A DNA stretch of 64,000 bases from Alphaproteobacteria bacterium (GTDB lineage Bacteria; Pseudomonadota; Alphaproteobacteria; UBA9219): NCBI GenBank assembly GCA_019233975.1, contig JAFALY010000038.1:21638-85637 (forward strand), in the 5' to 3' direction. Shown in pieces: positions 46,560 to 57,055 of the stretch (its first letter is position 1; each line of letters opens with the position of its first letter). The notes under the pieces are model-generated. The model saw only the letters and a program-made list of their open reading frames with translations, did no database searches and had not been told where the DNA came from. The position numbers and the translations under genes were made by a program.

Positions 46560-46897
46560 ACCGGGTGCTCCATTGCCGACAATGCGGGGCTGGACGCAAA
46601 CATCCAACCACGGAACACCGGCGCATCGGGATGACCCGGTTTCAATTCGCCGATTTCAAGAAAAGCCGCAGCCTCCGGCGTTTCTTCAGGCAGTGACGCC
46701 TTACAGGAACGTGGCGTTACCAGCAGTGTGCCAAAGGTGATTGTTTTGTTGGTTTCGGCTTCCACTTCTTCGACGCGCGCTGTTGCCTTATCCAGAACGC
46801 GCAGAACTACAATCGGCATGTCCTGTGTTGGAACGGCAGCCAAGGCGGGGAAGGTTGCCGTCAGTAACAGAAGCGTCAGGATGGCGGGGCGCAGCAT
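46511..46897 (-). CDS. DUF2155-like secreted protein
   Basis: 128 aa with a signal peptide. Its start overlaps the MlaD-like stop (ATGA). The NDUFA12-MlaD-DUF2155 trio is conserved in alphaproteobacteria (from memory). Confidence 0.55.
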   Translation of the reverse strand: MLRPAILTLLLLTATFPALAAVPTQDMPIVVLRVLDKATARVEEVEAETNKTITFGTLLVTPRSCKASLPEETPEAAAFLEIGELKPGHPDAPVFRGWMFASSPALSAMEHPVYDIWLIGCKSNAPTK

Positions 46898-47406
46898 CAG
46901 GGATGCGCGTCAGCCGGTTGTTTGGCAGGCGCGGCGTCAGAACGTTTGTTGCTATAGATCATCTGGCCGATTAAATCATCCAGTCGCATCGGCGCCTGCG
47001 TACGCGTAATGCGTCCGGTGCCGTCCGTCTTGACCATGTCGTCTTCCACGCCGGGTTCCAGAGACATATATTTACCACCCAGCAAGCTTTCACTGGCTAT
47101 GTGCGCGAGCGTGTCCGTCGGCAAGCGCACGGCGGGGTCAACCGTCATACGCACCTTGACCAGAAACTGGTTTGGGCCCGGGTCGGTGATCAGGTTCATG
47201 CCGACAACGGTACCGACTTTCACGCCGTTGATCTTGACGTCAATGCCTTCCTTCAAGCCATCGACCATCGGGAAGTTGGCGTTGATCTCGTACCCCTGCA
47301 CCACATGCAGATCCGAGCTTTTATAGGCAAATACCAGGAACAAGGCAGCGACCGCGACAACAACCGCACCGAGCACCGTTTCAAACATACTGCGTCCCAT
47401 CGTCAC
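46897..47406 (-). CDS. mlaD: MCE-domain protein (MlaD-like outer membrane lipid asymmetry component)
   Basis: 169 aa with an N-terminal TM followed by an MCE domain (VQGYEINANFPMVDGLKEGIDVKINGVKVGTV). Confidence 0.75.
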   Translation of the reverse strand: MTMGRSMFETVLGAVVVAVAALFLVFAYKSSDLHVVQGYEINANFPMVDGLKEGIDVKINGVKVGTVVGMNLITDPGPNQFLVKVRMTVDPAVRLPTDTLAHIASESLLGGKYMSLEPGVEDDMVKTDGTGRITRTQAPMRLDDLIGQMIYSNKRSDAAPAKQPADAHP

Positions 47407-47430
47407 TCCCCTTCAGATTGAAGCAAAATA

Positions 47431-47820
47431 TCAGGCGTCCGGCGTCCAGGCTTCATAATCACCTGTCGCCTTGGCGCGCGCACCACCGGCCAGCAAATGT
47501 CCGGGCGGCAGGTAAGCCTGATCGGTACCGGTCATGTTTTCCTGATACGGCTTCTGCCACGGTTTACGGTACGGACTGTTGGCTGCAATCGGCGCATCGG
47601 CGCCATGATGCAGCCAGATATGCCATTCAGGCGGTACCTTGCTGGCCTCGGGCTCGCCCTTGTACAAAACCCAACGGCGCTCACGCACGCCGGGCGGAGT
47701 TTTCTTGTCACGGAAATAGCGATTACCGAACGAATCGGTGCCGACTTCGACACCGTAAAAGCGCGTCTGCAACAGGGTGCCGATCTGCGACAGGCGTCGG
47801 ATGAATGAAAAATTTTCCAT
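47431..47820 (-). CDS. NADH:ubiquinone oxidoreductase 17.2-kDa subunit (NDUFA12) family protein
   Basis: 129 aa with GTDSFGNRYF..RRWV.Y......PPEWH.WLHH, characteristic of NDUFA12. Confidence 0.8.
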   Translation of the reverse strand: MENFSFIRRLSQIGTLLQTRFYGVEVGTDSFGNRYFRDKKTPPGVRERRWVLYKGEPEASKVPPEWHIWLHHGADAPIAANSPYRKPWQKPYQENMTGTDQAYLPPGHLLAGGARAKATGDYEAWTPDA

Positions 47821-48045
47821 GCGGGAATCACGCTGTGGGTTAGCTCTAACGAAAGCCAGTTATAAATTATTCCTCGCCCTTGTCTATCGTCATCTACCTG
47901 CCGGATTCGAAGCCATTCTAATTCAAAAACTTGTATGCATGTGTGCAAGTAACATCTGCAGTTTGCAGCGCATAGAACCATCCCCATCCTTATCCCCAAC
48001 AAACCATCCGAAACGCATGGTTTGTGAGTAAGTTTTGGTTTATGC

Positions 48046-48061
48046 CCACCATATTTTGTGG
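48046..48061. promoter_or_regulatory. candidate NrdR box (CCACCATATTTTGTGG) upstream of the RNR-like gene
   Basis: A 16-bp palindrome matching 12 of 16 positions of the NrdR-box consensus acaCwAtATaTwGtgt (recalled from memory), about 80 bp upstream of the ATG at 48143. Confidence 0.45.
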
Positions 48062-48142
48062 CATATTCTGCACCGCATACAAAGGATTGTGGATAACTTA
48101 CCTGCCGCCTACCCCCTCCGCCACCACCTACAGGCTCTTTTG

Positions 48143-50227
48143 ATGTCAAAAGCGCAGATAACACAGGATCCCACGCTACGTTTCGGGCGTGTTTTTTCTC
48201 GCGCCGACCACGATGCCTATGCCGACATCCACTTCACAACCGGCCCTGTTGATGACGCGCAGCAGATGCTTATCTATCCGGCGCATTGGTCAGAATTATC
48301 GGCGGCAGAGTTTGCAGAAACAGCACTTTGCCGCGAAGCGCCCCAACAGACAAAACCGGTCGAAGAAAACACTGTTCCGTCATGGCTGTGGCGTCACACC
48401 GCCACCCCCGGCACCGCGACTGAACCCGAAGATGACGCCGCTGTTGTTTTTGACCGTGTTGTAGGCAGCGCAACCTACAGGGCCTGGCGCGAAGGTTTGT
48501 TTAACACCGAAGACGACGCGCATATTTTCTTCAATGAATGCCGCGCGGCACTCGCGCAAAAACAAATCATCATTGATCCGGTTGCCCTGCGCGATATTGG
48601 CCGCGACTGGGCCTACGGCCAAACAAGCTTGAAATCGGCGAGCAAGGGCGCTAAGCCTGCCGCGTCGATTGAACCCTACCACCTTAGCAACACAATGATC
48701 GATGGCATGGTGGGTGGTCGCCGTGACGCCTCGACATGGACATTGTGGAACAGGTTGACAAAGCAGAAACATAAGACATGCACGGCAGATGTGCGTTTCG
48801 ACACAACGGCGGGCGAATGGTCCGACGCGCCACAACATCTGGCTTCGGCAACGCCGATGCTGATCGACCTGCTGTGGCACAGGCATATGGACGGTTCTGT
48901 GAATGCCGAAGGATTGCGTCAGGCGACGCGCCTACTGGTCACGCTGGCTGACCTGCTTGGCCTGGACAATCAGGGCACACTGGCGATCGGGTTTGGTAAT
49001 TTGTCATCACTTCTGATGGCGCTTGGCCTGCCCTATGACAGCGAAGCGGGTCGCGCCACGGCGGCAGCCATTGCCGCCATTATAACGGCGGAGGCTTATG
49101 CAGCCTCCGCACGGCTCGCGGCACTGCGCGGTGTCAGTTCAGCCTTCCAGTACCAACGTGAAAGCGTGTTACGCGCGCTTCGCAATCATCACCGGGCCGC
49201 CTATGACGAACAGAATGACTATGAAAAACTGTCTGTCCTGCCGCGCCCGCTCTCGGTCGCAAGCGGCGTAGACCTTTCATTGGCGGCAACAGCGCGCACC
49301 GCATGGGACCGCGCCGAACAATTGGTCAGCGCGCATGGCTTACGGCACATCGCCTTTACAAGCGTAAGCCTTTCGTCTTCCGTCGTCGCATTTGCCGCCC
49401 TGCAAGCCTATGGCGTTGAAGCCAGTCCTACCCTGCTGGAACAGGGAGACCTGCACCCGACCGCACTGGAGGCTTTGACGCGCCTCTCTCTGTCAACGAC
49501 AGCGACACGCGAAGTTCGCGCCCATATTGCGGGACATCGTTCACTGGCCCACGCGCCTGCCATCAACCATGCAGCACTGCGTGCAAAGGGTTTTGATGCC
49601 GACGCCATTACGCGCGTAGAAAGCGCCCTGCAAAGCGCGACGCATCTGCGTCAGGTCTTCACACCCGTTCACCTGGGCACAACATTTTGCGCCGACCAAT
49701 TGAACCTGAATCCCGCACAGATCGATAACCCCGCGTTTAATCTGCTGGAGCATCTGGGATTTGATGCGGTTGATGTCATGCGCGGCAACCAATATTGCTT
49801 TGGCTATGCAAGCCTGAAAGAAGCGCCACACCTGACGCAACAACAGAAAGCCGTTTTTGCGACAACATCAGACCTGCGCCCCGAAGCCGTCATTCATATG
49901 GCGGGCGCGGTACAAGGCTTCTTCTCTGGCACAACGGGCGTGACGCTGTCGCTCGCGGCATCGACACCACCCGAACAGACCGAACGGCTGCTGCTGGCCG
50001 CGTGGCGTGTCGGATTGCAGGGCCTGCGCCTGATCTTTGACGTTGAGGTTCAGCCATCACAACGCCGCGCCAAGAAAGTGGCGACGACAAAGGCCAGCTA
50101 TCTGAACAAACAGCCGAAAATCACAGCCAAGCGCATTACATCCGGCAATCCCCGCTATCGCACGCCCCAACATGTGGCGCGTACGCGCGACCTGCGCGGC
50201 AAAAATACACCTGATACAGGCCGTTAA
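48143..50227 (+). CDS. highly divergent class II (NrdJ-like) ribonucleotide reductase homolog; canonical catalytic motifs not recognisable by eye
   Basis: 694 aa from the ATG at 48143. The N-terminus (RFGRVFSRADHDAYADIHF..PAHWS..A) parallels the NrdJ N-terminus. IGFGNLSSLLMALGLPYDSEAG matches the RNR IG.qGl.daL..LglPYDS block. The C-terminal AAWRVGLQGLRLIFD resembles the AW..GLK..ALYRD block. No NPCGE and no C-terminal Cys pair were found. Confidence 0.55.
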   Translation: MSKAQITQDPTLRFGRVFSRADHDAYADIHFTTGPVDDAQQMLIYPAHWSELSAAEFAETALCREAPQQTKPVEENTVPSWLWRHTATPGTATEPEDDAAVVFDRVVGSATYRAWREGLFNTEDDAHIFFNECRAALAQKQIIIDPVALRDIGRDWAYGQTSLKSASKGAKPAASIEPYHLSNTMIDGMVGGRRDASTWTLWNRLTKQKHKTCTADVRFDTTAGEWSDAPQHLASATPMLIDLLWHRHMDGSVNAEGLRQATRLLVTLADLLGLDNQGTLAIGFGNLSSLLMALGLPYDSEAGRATAAAIAAIITAEAYAASARLAALRGVSSAFQYQRESVLRALRNHHRAAYDEQNDYEKLSVLPRPLSVASGVDLSLAATARTAWDRAEQLVSAHGLRHIAFTSVSLSSSVVAFAALQAYGVEASPTLLEQGDLHPTALEALTRLSLSTTATREVRAHIAGHRSLAHAPAINHAALRAKGFDADAITRVESALQSATHLRQVFTPVHLGTTFCADQLNLNPAQIDNPAFNLLEHLGFDAVDVMRGNQYCFGYASLKEAPHLTQQQKAVFATTSDLRPEAVIHMAGAVQGFFSGTTGVTLSLAASTPPEQTERLLLAAWRVGLQGLRLIFDVEVQPSQRRAKKVATTKASYLNKQPKITAKRITSGNPRYRTPQHVARTRDLRGKNTPDTGR

Positions 50228-50317
50228 CACTTGCGGCATTAGCGCTGGCAGACGCCTGCAACATATGCTATCGCGGCAGCCTGACTGATTGGCAACACAC
50301 AGGTTTGATTTTAGAAA

Positions 50318-51097
50318 ATGACCGCACTTTCCGTTGTAATTCCGCTTTTGAACGAATCCGGCAACGTCATGCCGTTGATCGATGAAATATCCGCCGCCCT
50401 GAACGCCTATGCGCCCACAGCAGGCCAGTTTGAAATTATCTGCGTTGATGACGGCAGCACCGACACAACCGCCACCGAAGTACGTCAGGCGCAGGAAAAA
50501 CACAGCTTTGTTCGTCTGGTACGCCATCCGCGTTCGCTGGGCATGAGCGCCGCGTTGCGCAACGGCATCCGCCGCGCCAACAGCGTCTGGATACTGACCA
50601 TCGACGGCGACAGACAGAACGACCCGAACGACGCCGCCAAGCTTCTGGACATCGCCTGGGCGGGCGGCAAGACCGACCGCAAGATTCTGGTCGGTGGCAT
50701 CCGCGTCAACCGCCGCGATACATGGGGCAAACGCTTCGCCAGCAAATACGCCAACAAGATTCGCCGTGCGGCGCTCAAGGATAACTGCCCCGATACCGGA
50801 TGCAGCCTCAAAGTGTTCCCGCGTGATTCTTATCTAGAGTTGCCGTTTTTCAATGGTTTGCACCGCTTTATGGCAGCGCTACTTAAGCATTACGGCCATG
50901 AAACCAGCTTTATCCCGGTCAATGACCGCCCGCGTGAGGTTGGCCTGTCTAAATCAGACTTCACAGGCCGTGCGATCAAAGGCCTGTTTGACCTGCTGGG
51001 CGTGATGTGGCTGATCCACCGAACCCCCGCTCCACTGCGTGGCAGTGAAGAAATCTTGCAGCACGGGCAGGAAAACGGGCGCAAAGCGGCTTTTTAA
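50318..51097 (+). CDS. family 2 glycosyltransferase, polyprenyl-phosphate sugar transferase type (DPM1/ArnC/GtrB-like)
   Basis: 259 aa with LSVVIPLLNESGNV..IICVDDGSTDTT.. and a DxD-type GT-A fold region. Confidence 0.8.
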   Translation: MTALSVVIPLLNESGNVMPLIDEISAALNAYAPTAGQFEIICVDDGSTDTTATEVRQAQEKHSFVRLVRHPRSLGMSAALRNGIRRANSVWILTIDGDRQNDPNDAAKLLDIAWAGGKTDRKILVGGIRVNRRDTWGKRFASKYANKIRRAALKDNCPDTGCSLKVFPRDSYLELPFFNGLHRFMAALLKHYGHETSFIPVNDRPREVGLSKSDFTGRAIKGLFDLLGVMWLIHRTPAPLRGSEEILQHGQENGRKAAF

Positions 51098-51229
51098 CGA
51101 TTAAAGGGTTAAAAATCGGGCTTTACCCTTGACTTTCACCCCGGTTTTCGCCAATAACGCCCCTTCGCGGCGCTGCTTACGGCAGTTGGCCGTCCGAGAG
51201 ATTGACGTAACGACGTAAGGATTAAAGTC

Positions 51230-51541
51230 ATGTTCGCAGTGGTTAAAACCGGCGGCAAACAATACAAAGTTGCCCAGGGTGACATCATTCAGGTTGAAAA
51301 GCTGGCCGTTGAAGCCGGTAAGTCGGTTGACCTGTCCGACGTTCTGATGCTGTGCGATAACGGCAAGGTAACTGTGGGCACGCCGGTTGTTTCTGGCGCC
51401 AAGGTAACGGCCGAAGTCGTTTCGCAGGACCGCAGCGAAAAGCTGATCGTCTTCAAGAAGAAGCGTCGCCAGAACTATCGCCGCAAGAATCATCATCGTC
51501 AGGAATACACAACGCTGAAGATCACGGCCATTAAGGGCTAA
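51230..51541 (+). CDS. rplU: 50S ribosomal protein L21
   Basis: 103 aa, [14 protein letters not shown]. Confidence 0.95.
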   Translation: MFAVVKTGGKQYKVAQGDIIQVEKLAVEAGKSVDLSDVLMLCDNGKVTVGTPVVSGAKVTAEVVSQDRSEKLIVFKKKRRQNYRRKNHHRQEYTTLKITAIKG

Positions 51542-51570
51542 GGTCAGCGGGTACTTAAAGGAGTCAGGAA

Positions 51571-51831
51571 ATGGCACATAAAAAAGCAGGCGGTTCATCC
51601 CGCAACGGTCGCGACAGTGCTGGCCGCCGTTTAGGCGTCAAGCTGTATGGCGGCGAACAGGCCAAGGGCGGCGCGATCATCGTCCGTCAGCGCGGCACCA
51701 AGTATTACGCCGGTGAAAATGTCGGCATGGGCACGGACCACACCCTGTTTGCCAAGAACGACGGCGTTGTCTCGTTCCGCGAAACCAAGGGCGGCCGCAC
51801 CTACGTCTCTGTCACTACGGCGGCAAAGTAA
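51571..51831 (+). CDS. rpmA: 50S ribosomal protein L27
   Basis: 86 aa, [16 protein letters not shown]. Confidence 0.95.
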   Translation: MAHKKAGGSSRNGRDSAGRRLGVKLYGGEQAKGGAIIVRQRGTKYYAGENVGMGTDHTLFAKNDGVVSFRETKGGRTYVSVTTAAK

Positions 51832-51850
51832 GCCTCTCGCAGAAGTATTC

Positions 51851-51888
51851 AAGCAGGGCCAGCCCGTTCTGGCCCTGCTTTTTTATTG
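51851..51888 (+). terminator. Rho-independent terminator after rpmA
   Basis: An AAGCAGGGCCAG / CTGGCCCTGCTT stem with a CCCGTT loop, followed by TTTTTTATT. Confidence 0.7.
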
Positions 51889-51904
51889 CCGAAAAATGGT
51901 ATAG

Positions 51905-52923
<1,019 letters not shown>

Positions 52924-52924
<1 letters not shown>

Positions 52925-53811
52925 TGACGGTTGTCGTCTTTGGAAGCATCAACATGGATATCGTGACACGCTGCCGTCACCATCCCCATATTGGTGAAAC
53001 CATACATGGCGATAGCGTCACCTTTTATCCCGGCGGCAAAGGAGCTAATCAGGCGATTGCCAGTGCAAAAGCAGGCGCTGAAACGCATTTACTGGGTGTT
53101 GTTGGCAAGGACGCCTTTGGCACACAATTACTGGATTACCTGCGCAACAACGGCGTGCTTGTTGACAATATCCTGCAAATAGAACTGCCAACAGGTATCG
53201 CCGCCATCAACGTAGCAGATGACGCATCGAACACCATTGTTGTCGTCGCCGGGGCAAATGGTGAAACCAAAGCAAGTCCATCCATTATTCAAGCCCTAGA
53301 ACACCCCGTGGGATTAGCACAGCTAGAGACTCCGATAAAGGAAGTTGCTCATTTCTTCAGCCTCATCAAAGGCGCAAATGGGGTCACCATTCTAAACCCG
53401 TCACCCTACCAGCCCATCGAGAAAAGCCTGTTGCAGGTTACGGATATTTTGATACTGAACGAAGTTGAGTTTTCCAAGTTTGCCGGACTAAGTGGGAATA
53501 TTGATGCCACAAATGCAGCGCACATTCTGGGCAATATGGAGTGCGACATATCTTGCTTGATTGTAACCCTTGGTCGTGACGGTTGCGTGGTGAAAACAAA
53601 TAACTCCGTTGAATACATCAAAGGCGTGCCCTGTAAGGCCATTGATACGACCGGTGCGGGGGATTGTTTCGCGGGTGTGTTTGCCGCGAGCCTCAATGAC
53701 GGTAGAACCTATTGCAGTGCAGCGGAGCGAGCCAATCGCGCAGCAAGCATTAGCGTAACCCGCGCAGGCGCAGGCCCATCTATGCCAGAGCAGGCAGAAA
53801 TAGACATTTAG
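52924..53811 (+). CDS. rbsK: ribokinase / PfkB-family sugar kinase
   Basis: 295 aa with an N-terminal GG motif (YPGGKGANQA) and C-terminal DTTGAGD. Its ATG overlaps the obg TAA (TAATG). Confidence 0.7.
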
Positions 53812-53883
53812 GCTCCTCCTGCCCCAATTTTGTCTTTTTGACGTGAGAGGGTATGCTCCCGCCCTAGGTAATGGGAATCTCGC

Positions 53884-55290
53884 ATGCGTTTGGACCGCTT
53901 ATTCTGGTTATACCCTGTTTTACTCGCCGCTGCTTGCGACGTGGGCCCCGATTATGAAAAACCTGCCGTACAGACACCAACAGCCTTTAAGGAAGCAGGC
54001 ACATGGCAGCAGGCAGAGCCCGCCGATACTGTTGAGCGCGGCGCGTGGTGGAAAGTTTTTCACGACGCAACATTGGATAAGCTTGAAGAACAGATTGCCC
54101 TGTCTAACCAGAACGTCAAATCATACGAAGCGGCTTATCGTCAGGCGCAAGCGCTGACCGACGAAGCACGCGCGGGTTGGTTCCCAACCGTTTCCCTAAA
54201 CGGATCAGACACACGCTCGGCCACCGGAAAGTCCGGCACAAAATCGGCGTCGGCCTATGCGTCATCGCTTAACGCAAGTTGGACAGCGGATGTGTGGGGT
54301 CGTATTGGCCGCACGGTGGAAAGCAACGAAGCGAAAGCCGAAGCAAGCGCCGCAGATCTGGCAGGCGTCCAGCTTTCAGCACAAACGACATTGGCCACCG
54401 ACTATCTGGATCTGCGCTGGCAGGATGAGCAGATTACCACGCTGCGCCTGATCGCGGAGGCGAACCGCAAGCTGGCCGAGATTGAAAAAAGCCGGTACGA
54501 CGCCGGCACGGATGGCAAGCAGGCGTGGCTGGCGGCACAACAAAATCTGGATGCCGCCGAAGCGACTCTGTCGAATGCGCAAATCACGCGCGAACAACTG
54601 GAACATGCCATCGCCACCCTTATCGGCACACCCGCATCGCAGATTGCCGTGCCGAAATCCGGCGTACCGTCGCATGTGCCCCATATTCCGGCACAGATAC
54701 CCTCAAACCTGTTGCAACAACGACCCGACATTGCCTCAGCCGAGCGTGCTGTAGCGGCAGCCAATGCAGATATCGGCGTCGCAACGGCGGCATGGTTTCC
54801 GACATTCAGCTTTGACGCCTCGTATGGTTACAGCGCAGCCATTTTGCCCCGCTTGTTACAGTCCCCCTACAGTCTGTGGTCATTCGGGCCGACTGTTGCT
54901 GAAACATTGTTTGATGCCGGTAACCGCGAAGCGACGATAGAAGCCGCACGCGCCGGTTATGACCAGACAGTTGCGACGTATCGCCAGACGGCACTGACAG
55001 CGTTTCAGGAAGTGGAAGATGACCTTTCATCCCTGCACCATTTGACAGACCAAGTTCAGCAGCAACAATCCAATCTGGAACATGCGCGCGCCGCGCAGGA
55101 TATTGTCGAAGCGCAGCAGAAAGTCGGCACATCAGCGGTCAGCGACGTTCTGACCGCCCGCATCACGCGCCTGAAGGCACAGCAAAGCTGGCAAATTGCC
55201 CAACAACAGCGATATGAGACCACCGTCGCCCTGATCGAAGCCTTGGGTGGCACATGGACAACCGGAACGGTAGAGAACAAAAAGGAATGA
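53884..55290 (+). CDS. efflux outer-membrane factor lipoprotein (NodT/OprM family)
   Basis: 468 aa with a lipobox LAAAC, PDYEKP after the signal peptide, and two coiled-coil repeats. Confidence 0.85.
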   Translation: MRLDRLFWLYPVLLAAACDVGPDYEKPAVQTPTAFKEAGTWQQAEPADTVERGAWWKVFHDATLDKLEEQIALSNQNVKSYEAAYRQAQALTDEARAGWFPTVSLNGSDTRSATGKSGTKSASAYASSLNASWTADVWGRIGRTVESNEAKAEASAADLAGVQLSAQTTLATDYLDLRWQDEQITTLRLIAEANRKLAEIEKSRYDAGTDGKQAWLAAQQNLDAAEATLSNAQITREQLEHAIATLIGTPASQIAVPKSGVPSHVPHIPAQIPSNLLQQRPDIASAERAVAAANADIGVATAAWFPTFSFDASYGYSAAILPRLLQSPYSLWSFGPTVAETLFDAGNREATIEAARAGYDQTVATYRQTALTAFQEVEDDLSSLHHLTDQVQQQQSNLEHARAAQDIVEAQQKVGTSAVSDVLTARITRLKAQQSWQIAQQQRYETTVALIEALGGTWTTGTVENKKE

Positions 55291-56729
55291 CGGCAACCAA
55301 ACATAAAATGACGCCCGCAATGATCCGCGTATCATTGATTGTTGCGTGCGGCCTTTTTATGGAACAGTTGGACGGGTCGATCATCGCCACCGCCCTGCCC
55401 AAAATCGCCCAATCCCTGCAAACGGAACCGTTGCACCTTAATCTCGCCATCACGTCCTATATGTTCAGTCTGGCCGTCTTTATTCCGCTGAGCGGATGGG
55501 TGGCCGACAGGTTGGGCGCGCGCACAGTCTTTAAGTCCGCGATTATTGTCTTTACGCTAGGCTCCATCCTGTGCGGCCTGTCATTTGACCTATTTAGCCT
55601 TGTCATATCTCGCATTTTGCAGGGTATAGGCGGCGCCATGATGGTACCGGTCGGGCGACTTATCCTGCTACGCACGGTTCCCAAATCCGGCCTTGTCGAT
55701 GCTATGGCATGGGTCAGTGCACCTGCCCTCCTCGGCCCCGTGCTGGGCCCACCGATTGGCGGATTGATCGTGTCAGCCTTTTCATGGCGATGGATCTTCT
55801 TTATCAATGTGCCTATCGGCATTGCCGGTTACATCTTATCCGCTTTGTACATCGACAATATTCGCGGCCGTACGCGTGAAAAGCTGGATATCCCCGGATT
55901 TTTACTGGTCGGCGCATCCATGGCGGGGATGGTTTTTGCTTTTGAAACCGTGGGACGCCACTTGGTCCCTGACTGGCTGGTTGCCAGCATGCTCGGTCTG
56001 GGCATCGTGTGCATGATCGGCTATTTGCGGCACGCCACACGCATCGAATTGCCCATCATCGACTTTAAATTATTACGCTATAAGACCTATCGCATTTCAA
56101 TCTTTGGCGGTTCGTTGTTCCGCATCGCTATTGGTGCATTGCCCTTTCTGATGCCACTGATGCTGCAATACGGCTTTGGCATGACACCGGCCGCCTCTGG
56201 CTTCATCACATTGGCCAGCGCGGCGGGCATGGTGCTGCTACGCATTATTGCAACTGCCGTTTTACGCCAGTTCGGGTTTAAACGCGTATTGTTGGTGACC
56301 GCTGTCATCAACGCCATTTTCATGGGCGGCTGCGCCCTGTTCACCCACATGACGCCACAAAGCGTTATTTTTATATTCCTGCTCATCGGTGGCATCTTCC
56401 GGTCTTTGGAATTCACGGCCCTGAACACAATTGCGTATGCCGACATGCCCGAGAAATATTTGAGCCGCGCCAACACGCTTTACAACATGTTACAACAACT
56501 GATGCTCAGCATGGGGGTTGCCGTTGGCGCATCGTTCCTGAACTTGACGCTGTATTTCAGGCACGAAACGGCCCTGAGCGAACCGGCCTTTGCCCCAACA
56601 TTTACGACTATTGGCCTGTTCTCGATTGTTTCTCTGCTGTTCTTTACTAAACTATCACCACAAGCTGGCGGTGACATGAGCGGCCACCGTGTCAGCGGCG
56701 AAGAAGTTGAACGCCGTGGTATGTCCTGA
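55287..56729 (+). CDS. MFS transporter, DHA2 (EmrB/QacA, 14-TM) family
   Basis: About 480 aa with the MFS motif GWVADRLGAR and 14 predicted TM helices. It is ATGA-coupled to the OMF gene. Confidence 0.85.
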   Translation: MTATKHKMTPAMIRVSLIVACGLFMEQLDGSIIATALPKIAQSLQTEPLHLNLAITSYMFSLAVFIPLSGWVADRLGARTVFKSAIIVFTLGSILCGLSFDLFSLVISRILQGIGGAMMVPVGRLILLRTVPKSGLVDAMAWVSAPALLGPVLGPPIGGLIVSAFSWRWIFFINVPIGIAGYILSALYIDNIRGRTREKLDIPGFLLVGASMAGMVFAFETVGRHLVPDWLVASMLGLGIVCMIGYLRHATRIELPIIDFKLLRYKTYRISIFGGSLFRIAIGALPFLMPLMLQYGFGMTPAASGFITLASAAGMVLLRIIATAVLRQFGFKRVLLVTAVINAIFMGGCALFTHMTPQSVIFIFLLIGGIFRSLEFTALNTIAYADMPEKYLSRANTLYNMLQQLMLSMGVAVGASFLNLTLYFRHETALSEPAFAPTFTTIGLFSIVSLLFFTKLSPQAGGDMSGHRVSGEEVERRGMS

Positions 56730-56746
56730 GCCATGGAGGTTATGTC

Positions 56747-57055
56747 ATGACTGATAATGTTACCCTGATCCTATCGGCGATTATGATGGTCACGATGGTC
56801 TTCCTGATTGCACCAGGCGTTTTCGCGGTCAATCGCGGGCATATACTGCACAACATAGCCCTGTGGTTGGCCATCTTTCTGGCACTGGGTTTGTTCTACC
56901 ACAATTTTGGCCCCGAAAGCCCGCACCCGCTTTTCAAAATTCCCGAAGCCATGACGGGCTTACGGCACAACGCGCCGGCACCCACCCCGCAAGCGCCGAC
57001 ACCTGAGCCAACCACGCCTGCACCAGCACCGGCACCAGAAGGCAAGTCTCTATAA
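56747..57055 (+). CDS. small membrane protein with Pro/Ala/Thr-rich tail, hypothetical
   Basis: 102 aa with two hydrophobic helices, ending ..APAPTPQAPTPEPTTPAPAPAPEG. Confidence 0.4.
   Translation: MTDNVTLILSAIMMVTMVFLIAPGVFAVNRGHILHNIALWLAIFLALGLFYHNFGPESPHPLFKIPEAMTGLRHNAPAPTPQAPTPEPTTPAPAPAPEGKSL

Noticed and set aside
48035-48142. N-terminal extension of the RNR-like ORF (MVYAHHILWHILHRI...)
   Set aside because: It translates straight across the NrdR-box-like palindrome. The conserved protein start (MSKAQITQDP...) is at the ATG at 48143.
51098-51229. Candidate sigma-70 promoter (TTGACT ... CAATAA) upstream of rplU
   Set aside because: The -10 element is poor and I cannot verify the spacing convincingly by eye. 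It is not reported as a feature.
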